DNA of 64,000 bases from Macrostomum lignano (Eukaryota), in the NCBI GenBank assembly GCA_002269645.1, contig NIVC01002038.1, forward strand, positions 62,001-126,000. The letters are read 5' to 3'. The notes beneath the pieces are model-generated. The model worked only from the letters and a program-made list of their open reading frames with translations, was not told the DNA's origin and did not search any database. Made by a program: the position numbers and the translations under genes. Of this stretch, positions 61,690 through 64,000 are shown piece after piece (within the stretch, counting starts at the first letter, position 1; each line of letters starts with the position of its first letter).

Positions 61690-62095
61690 CGTCGTCACTT
61701 CTGTTATTGCAAACTGCAAATTTTATATTTAGGATTTCTTTTGGAGTTAATATTGAAACCTATTATTACTTGGGTCCAATGTTTATTTCGATTTTCTATT
61801 TATTTTTCTTATTAAGTTATAACTTTGTTTATTTATGTTCAGTAAGTCCGTCTATTCAAAATTGGCTTCTTGTTAGATTTTATCGTTGGATTTTCTCGCG
61901 CGCTGGGTGTTAGTCTCCCGTAGTCTTGGCATCAGCCTTATTTTGGTCGTCTCAGATTGACTTACATTTAGTCATGCGCAAATACTTGGCATTGCCACAG
62001 TGCTACTAACATTATTATTTAGACTATTAGTAGTATTGTTTTTAATAATTGAACTACACATTGGTTTAGACAAACGCTCAGCACGCGCACCATTA
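61690..62095 (-). repeat. Inverted second copy of the 21.0-21.4 kb repeat
   Basis: Collinear matching blocks with 21000-21420. Confidence 0.8.
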
Positions 62096-63639
62096 CTACG
62101 GCATTAGTGCTAGTCCACATTAATAAAATAAACTTGGCCACGACTTCTCATCCTCGAAACATCGTATCGTCGCACTGGAATGGTTTGGTGATGGCGTGAT
62201 TTTAGTATATTTTATACAACTACATGTGCATACAAAATGCTCTAGCCATGTGAGGTACATAAAGCTTGTATTCATATTACTTTGTAGCAATCAGGACTTG
62301 GTAAATGAAGAATGAATTAGATTTATCAATGGTTATATTTTGTCGTTTACAAACTGTATATACGAGTACCTAGCTGGAACATGGATGAAGGAATAGATTG
62401 AACTTCCAAACAGACTCAGTTCTTTTCTCGTTTCTAGTCGCTTTGCCTCCACTCCCCCGTGCTTTCTCATAGGCTGAGGCAATGCGTCCATACATCATCA
62501 CACGTGACTTTACACAAGGGAAATTGACTACTTTCTATGGAGCTTTCAAATGATCCCGAAATCGAAGGATATAAAATCGAAGGTCCGCTCTCAGACAAAG
62601 AAAAGACACTGTGGGAAGCGGAAACAAAACGTCGAAAAACCAAAAGTAACTGCGTCCGATTGGCAATCCATTATATTCCTTCATTTATGAGCGGGAAACA
62701 GTTTCTCCTAACTTACTACATATTTACTGCTAAGCAGTTAACACCAAAGGTAAAACTGCAGTTCACAATTCCTGAAAATTCAACTCACCAAGTTGACCAA
62801 TCTTGTCGAATCTTTTTACTTGACCGGTTTGTGCTGCCGTTGCTGATTACATTCACAAATTATCGAGTACGCTTCGTGCTGAAACTAGCCTTTGAAAACT
62901 TTGCTTGCTCCATGCTCTGCTTTCCTACAACTCTATGCTTCGCCCCCGCCACCTTGCGCTTCGCTTCCTCCTGTTTGCGCTTTGCCTCCTTGGCGAGATT
63001 TTTCTTATGAAAAGTGAAGCTGTCCTAGTTTGCTTGATGCAGCATCATCATAAATTTTGCTAGAATCGTCTCGGTTGAGACGCCCGAAGAAATGTCCTGT
63101 CCCGGCTAACGTCGTGCAGCAGAGATTGTAGCTGAAAAATATTGGCAGGTAGAATGAGTGTAGGGCACACAAAACGTATGTTGAAAGAAGTTTATACTTC
63201 AAGATGCGAGTATGTTTCAAAGGAGTACAAAGTAAATTATTGAAACTTCCATATAATAAAAAATCTTTATAATATCTAAAAGTTTATCTGAATGCTCATT
63301 TTAAAGTGTACACTACGACTGAAGAGGCTTAAGTAAGAAAATGTGATATTAATGACAGTATTAGAAATTTATATTTCACACTATCCTGGAAAATTGTGAA
63401 TAATTATTCTACACAGTAGCACAGGTAATTGTGGTAATGTGTTACAAAGTGGTATGTGGTACAAAGCGGCACTGGAGCCGCAAGCGTGAATGCTTTATAT
63501 TTCTCACTTTGAAAGCGTTCGCTCCTCTTGCGGTAGTGAATTTTTGCTCTGGGCCGATATTATAATAAGACAATAAACGTAGCGCGGTACCAAAGACGGG
63601 GGGCTTGTGCCACAGACACTTCGTTGATCCTAAAAGTGC

Positions 63640-63915
63640 ATAAGAATTAATAAATTCTAACTCTAGCTATCTAGTCATGCGCCAGTAGGACTGAAATAGG
63701 TCGCGAATCTGGGCAGGACAAGGATGAAAGCTTCCTTCTGCAGCCGTCACATATGCCAGATGGAAGATATTATTGCTCTTCCTTAAAGCCTTCGTACACT
63801 GTTGTTTGAATCAGTTCAATCTGATGCTCCGTCAAAGGGCCACGCGCTCTTTGAAGACACATAGCATACAGTGACTGGAGATTTTCTTTGCGGTTTCTTT
63901 TCTTTGGCATTGTAG
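63640..63915 (-). pseudogene. Chapaev-like (CMC) transposase N-terminal zinc-binding remnant
   Basis: RKENLQSLYAMC-x31-PSGIYDGC resembles the H-x7-C-x2-C...P-x2-I-C-x2-C motif with H>R and two C>Y changes. Confidence 0.4.
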
Positions 63916-64000
63916 CTGATGATGAGTAAAAACAAGAAAATTGTTTGGACAATATTTAACCAGTTATCAATTAAAACAAACATTTTAAAATGCTCTAAAT

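Noticed and set aside
52300-62100. Terminal inverted repeats for the Polinton-like element
   Set aside because: Comparing left and right flanks by eye gave no inverted match and no (AG)n/(AGT)n-type termini with TSD.
62537-63010. 157-aa + strand ORF
   Set aside because: No recognisable motif. The 3' half looks like the antisense of a K/E/A-rich frame from a decayed minus-strand element.

Overview
Eukaryotic, almost certainly invertebrate-animal, repeat-dense genomic DNA: spliceosomal introns, microsatellites and nested transposable elements. No rRNA, tRNA or CRISPR array is recognisable. One apparently intact host gene lies at 4675-8304 (+): a ~1190-aa protein with a stonustoxin/MACPF-like N-terminus, two FN3 domains, a septin/AIG1-like P-loop GTPase, a Cys-rich module and a coiled coil. 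The rest is mostly TE debris: several Ty3/Gypsy elements, an RNase H-bearing LINE, an intron-containing hAT transposase, CMC (CACTA/Chapaev-type) transposases with a BEN-domain ORF, Tc1-, piggyBac- and hAT-type non-autonomous elements, and a Helitron fragment. At ~53.1-61.4 kb lies a decayed, internally deleted Polinton/adintovirus-like element (protein-primed PolB, packaging ATPase, penton-like, fibre-like and amphipathic-helix ORFs). The most intriguing cross-cutting signal is an apparent excess of CpA->TpA / TpG->TpA changes in repeated DNA (RIP-like). All family assignments come from motif recognition by eye; no searches were run.
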